The notes below the pieces were generated by a model. That model did not search any database. It worked only from the letters and a program-made list of their open reading frames with translations, and was not told the origin of the DNA. 47,979 bases of DNA from Piedraia hortae CBS 480.64 (taxonomy: Eukaryota), in assembly GCA_010093745.1 (NCBI GenBank), contig MU005999.1, positions 1 to 47,979 of the forward strand. The letters run 5' to 3'. Each line of letters starts with the position of its first letter. The stretch's first letter is position 1. Shown here piece after piece: positions 44,306 to 47,979 of the stretch. The translations under genes were made by a program, and so were the position numbers.

Positions 44306-46858
44306 ATGGCGCCGACCAAGCGGCCAGCACCAGAGTCAGCGGACCAGGGCGGAGGGAGCTGGAAGAGGCAGAGCACGACGACGCGAACGGGCCAGGCATG
44401 CGATCGGTGCAAGGCGCGCAAGATCCGATGCGACGCGCGACCGGGCGGATGCTCACAATGTATGCACAGCAACACCGAATGCAAGACTACCGACCGCATA
44501 ACCGGTCGCGCTACGTCGCGTGGCTATGCCGAAACGCTGGAACACGAAATCGCCAGCCTAAAGCTTTATACCATTGAGCTCCAGGCGCAGATTAAGCAAC
44601 ATGGCCTCGAACCAGTGCCTCCCATTCAAACCCAGCCGCCGTATCCGGCGCAAGTACCGTACGGTGCCTGGAATGGCGCGCATGGCAACGGCTACGGGCA
44701 GGCGGCACAAAGAGACCGCAACCCGTCGACAGGATCGCTGTTGCCCGAGTTCCGCGCCGGCTGCGTGGGCGATAATTACCTTGGCGTCGTTTCCGGGTCG
44801 GATGGGCTGAGCTCTGTAGAAGGCATGGCATTGTCTCTGTTTGGAGCCAAGATTGACCTGGCAGAGTTTATGCCGCCAGAGCCCAATCCGGATGCCACGG
44901 CCATGTCGTATCAAACTTTTCTTCAGCATGCATTTGGCGGGCCAAGGCATACTCTGGAGCCTAAACTCCCCCAGACGTATGAGGGGTACAAAACCTTTGC
45001 CGAGTGGTACTTTCGATCGGTGCAGAATTTCATACCGATAGTGCACAAGCCAGATTTTATGAACCTTATATACCGCATCTATCACGGCGGCGCGCCCCCC
45101 ACAACGGCCGAAACTGTCATACTGCACATGATTCTGGCCATCATGAACTGGCAATGGTCCACACGCAACGGCAATGAACAGACGCGGTCGGCGTGCTTTG
45201 AGCACTATCATTACGCTCTCACATTTGTGCCAGAGCTCTTGGCCAGCCACAAGCTGGAAGATATCCAGGCTCTCGTCCTCATCTGCTCACAGCTGCGTAA
45301 TCAGCCGCGCCCCGGTGCGGCTTGGATGTTTACCAACATGGTTCTCGGCATTGCAATCGAATCCGGACTTCACCGGTCAGCAAAGTCTTGGCCGAGCGCA
45401 GCTGATTGGGATCCACACACGATTGAAATGCGCAAGCGCATTTTCTGGAGTCTGCTTCTCTTCCACGTTTGCATCAGCGGTAAGCTCGGACGTCCGATGC
45501 CGCTGCGTCCGGAGGATTTTGACATTGAAATTCCCGATCCTGTCGAAGATGCGTTGCCGAACGAGAGGAACTTGACCAAGTGGCGCAAGTGTTCATTCCG
45601 GGCCGCAATCCATGGGTTTAAATTGCTCAAGATCACAATGCAAGTCTATAGCACCATCTACTCGATCCACTCGTCGACAGGATCTCACGAGGTCAACGTG
45701 CGTCAGCTGGAGAAGGATCTGCAAACTTTTCAGCTTCAGGTCCCTCCAGAACTTTCAGGCGGGCCTCAGACACGCGATGAGGATCAGGTTTCGGCCCTCT
45801 ACCTTCAGTTCACCACTGCCGAATGCGAATTGCTGCTTCATCACCCATCGTCGTGTCCCTCAACCTCTTTGCAGACTATGAACGATAACCTCGACATCTG
45901 TTTGTCCGCAAGCAACAAACTTTTGCAGGCAGCAATTCGGTTGAGCAATCTGAAGAGTCTGGACACCACGTGGTATTACGCCACTACGCCTCTGGCTGCT
46001 GTTTTCACAACCCTTTTTGCCTACACGGAGAAGCGGGATCTCATCAGCTCGGCCGACATCCAGCGGCTGAGAGCTGATATGGATACCTGGCTGGAAGTAA
46101 TCAACGATGTCAGCAAAATGATTGGTGAGCATACCGACAATTTCAAACGTGGTCGACTGACTTGTGTAGGGACGATTCCTCGCCTTCATGATGCGGTACG
46201 CTGCATCATCGACTCTTCGTTGGACAATATAAGCCGGCACGTCACGGCCAAGACGGCATCAGCAGCAATTGCAGCGGGTTCGCCCAATGGATCCAACGAA
46301 CCTGGGCCGAACCAAGGCTACGAAGCCAACAATGACTACTACAGCGCCAAGGCCGGGTCCAACGGGGCGCGTCCTTATAATGGTCGTGGCACCTCGACAG
46401 AGGAGGGTCCGTATCCATCACCATCGGCAAATCAACATGCTTATGGGGATAATCCCAACCACCCATTCACGATGCCTACCTATGCCCCCGCCCCCTATAA
46501 CCAGAAAGTCAGCCTTGAAGCGCAGTTTAACGCGCCGCTGGCACCGACGGGTCCCGGCCATTCCCCGCCGTCCATGTACTACCCACCACATGCGTCTCCG
46601 CACCAAGCAGCGACTGGCGCGCCCGTGTATCAATATTCGGCGACGGGGTCAGCATGGCGGAACTTTGCCGATCACGTCATGACGAATATCAACCAGCCAG
46701 GCGATGTTGACCCACAATTCCATAGTCATCCGCACGGCCATGGGATGATTGAGATTCCGCCCAAGGGCGAGATGCATCCGCACGGCACTGGAGCGCAATT
46801 TGCCGTGATGCGGGGACGACAGGGGTCGCAGGCAAAAGAGGATGGATCGAGGAGGTAG
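44306..46858 (+). CDS. Zn(II)2Cys6 transcription factor with fungal-specific TF domain; probable intron 46125-46169
   Basis: ACDRCKARKIRCDARPGGCSQCMHSNTEC zinc cluster; AIESGLHRS...EMRKRIFW...KLGRPMPLR middle-homology motif; Pro/Gln/His-rich tail. Confidence 0.92.
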   Translation: MAPTKRPAPESADQGGGSWKRQSTTTRTGQACDRCKARKIRCDARPGGCSQCMHSNTECKTTDRITGRATSRGYAETLEHEIASLKLYTIELQAQIKQHGLEPVPPIQTQPPYPAQVPYGAWNGAHGNGYGQAAQRDRNPSTGSLLPEFRAGCVGDNYLGVVSGSDGLSSVEGMALSLFGAKIDLAEFMPPEPNPDATAMSYQTFLQHAFGGPRHTLEPKLPQTYEGYKTFAEWYFRSVQNFIPIVHKPDFMNLIYRIYHGGAPPTTAETVILHMILAIMNWQWSTRNGNEQTRSACFEHYHYALTFVPELLASHKLEDIQALVLICSQLRNQPRPGAAWMFTNMVLGIAIESGLHRSAKSWPSAADWDPHTIEMRKRIFWSLLLFHVCISGKLGRPMPLRPEDFDIEIPDPVEDALPNERNLTKWRKCSFRAAIHGFKLLKITMQVYSTIYSIHSSTGSHEVNVRQLEKDLQTFQLQVPPELSGGPQTRDEDQVSALYLQFTTAECELLLHHPSSCPSTSLQTMNDNLDICLSASNKLLQAAIRLSNLKSLDTTWYYATTPLAAVFTTLFAYTEKRDLISSADIQRLRADMDTWLEVINDVSKMIGEHTDNFKRGRLTCVGTIPRLHDAVRCIIDSSLDNISRHVTAKTASAAIAAGSPNGSNEPGPNQGYEANNDYYSAKAGSNGARPYNGRGTSTEEGPYPSPSANQHAYGDNPNHPFTMPTYAPAPYNQKVSLEAQFNAPLAPTGPGHSPPSMYYPPHASPHQAATGAPVYQYSATGSAWRNFADHVMTNINQPGDVDPQFHSHPHGHGMIEIPPKGEMHPHGTGAQFAVMRGRQGSQAKEDGSRR

Positions 46859-47458
46859 TTTACTTTTCTGGCGTTGGATTCTGTGGAGGAGGAAAGCAGA
46901 AAAGAATGCGAATACCCATGTACATTTAATAATGCTTTATGCCTGTTGTTCGTTTGAAGCAATATCACTGAACTTGTTCTTGTCCGTGGTTCCGGCCTCA
47001 GCGCTTCGACGAGGTGAGGTGCGGTGCTGTATGCGTGTGCTTTAGGCCTTCTCGTTCAAGAAAACGTGAACTCTCAGCAGCAGGAAGAGCCGCGTGTTGA
47101 AATCGGTATGCTAACGTAGAAGCGATAACTAGTGTTCGAAGTGGTATGAAGGATGTCTATCTACGGTCCAGCCTGTCAGACCCAAGAGGCCGGAGGGCAC
47201 AAGGGGCGGAGCTATGCGGTGTGCGCTACGCCATACTGCGCGTGAAGAGCAAAGGGCAACTGTCTCGGATCTCACGGGCCGTGCCGAAGCTACGTGACTG
47301 AAACTGGACTGAGATTCTGACACAGCCGTCACAAATGGAAGGTCAGATCACGTGCCTAATGGAATCATCACTTTGCGGAAACACACGCGCACGGAACCGG
47401 CCCGACCCGCTCGTATCTTGGCGACTTCATCGAAGCTCCTCAGAGCAACTGTACAACA

Positions 47459-47979
47459 ATGCTGTTCCTTCGCCAAGCCGTTCCGGCCTTTCGGCGCAGC
47501 GCGCTCGCCTCCCGGCCTTTGATTGCGCGGTCCTTTGCCACTACCGGCCTGCGAAGTGGGTTTCCAGCGCCAGGGTCGCGCTGAAGCTGACAAGAGGTGT
47601 CATACAGATGCGGAGCCTCGCTCGCAAGACCACAACCCGTCGCCCGGCGACGAGAGCAAGCTTCTGACGCCGCTGAATGGTACCAACATTCCACGAGTTG
47701 TTTGATCGGTGCTGATGGTGTGCAGACATCCACAGCGAGTCCGACCTCCTCCCACCGGGTGCCGACCCAGGCACGGTCCCCACGGATCTCAATCAGTCTA
47801 CTGGTATCGAGCGTCTGGAAATTCTCGGCAAGATGCAGGGCGTGGATGTGTTTGATATGAGGCCTTTGGATGCGAGCCGCAAGGGTAAGGAATAGGACGG
47901 GTTACTTGGAGTGGTGCTGACTGCTTCAAGGAACTCTGGACAACCCCATCGTTGTGCACTCCTTTGGTGACGAGCAGTA
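47459..47979 (+). CDS. COX4: Cytochrome c oxidase subunit IV (fungal Cox4/COX5B family), 3'-partial; exons 47459-47555, 47608-47679, 47726-47884, 47931-window end
   Basis: Not in the ORF track. Manual splicing (introns 47556-47607, 47680-47725, 47885-47930) gives the presequence MLFLRQAVPAFRRSALASRPLIARSF, then DLLPPGADPGTVPTDLNQSTGIERLEILGKMQGVDVFDMRPLDASRKGTLDNPIVVHSFGDEQ. Confidence 0.93.

Noticed and set aside
47050..47340. GC-rich intergenic stretch considered as a structured ncRNA (RNase P/MRP, SRP)
   Set aside because: I could not find the conserved core motifs on either strand. An Infernal/Rfam scan would be needed.

Overview
Gene-dense eukaryotic (fungal, Pezizomycotina) chromosomal segment. 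Protein sequences resemble Dothideomycete/Capnodiales-type orthologues; this taxonomic call is recalled similarity, not a search result. I can support 24 protein-coding loci: two Zn(II)2Cys6 transcription factors, Srk1/Rck2-type CAMK kinase, Mtc1, pyridoxal-reductase-type AKR, GHITM/BI-1, Ssu72, M28 glutamate carboxypeptidase, NADP mannitol dehydrogenase, alpha/beta hydrolase, Fmp42-type MFS, DOMON-cytochrome b561, Pex2, Rrp41, ERCC6L2-type SNF2 helicase, ABCC transporter, proline dehydrogenase, cystathionine gamma-lyase/synthase family enzyme, Osh6/7, Cgi121, a DUF3405 protein, two uncharacterised proteins, and a partial Cox4 that the ORF track misses. I resolved 17 GT-AG introns by hand; 16 are 41-58 nt. 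Intergenic gaps are often under 200 bp. No rRNA, tRNA, CRISPR array or transposon was recognised. The most notable oddities are: an in-frame TAG exactly at a conserved Trp codon in an otherwise intact carboxypeptidase gene; a 1-nt frameshift in the DUF3405 gene; an uncharacterised protein with five copies of a W/F-x-H-R/K-G-x-G-R/K-W/Y motif; a hydrolase lacking its nucleophile serine; a stop-free 45-nt intron; and extremely tight gene packing.
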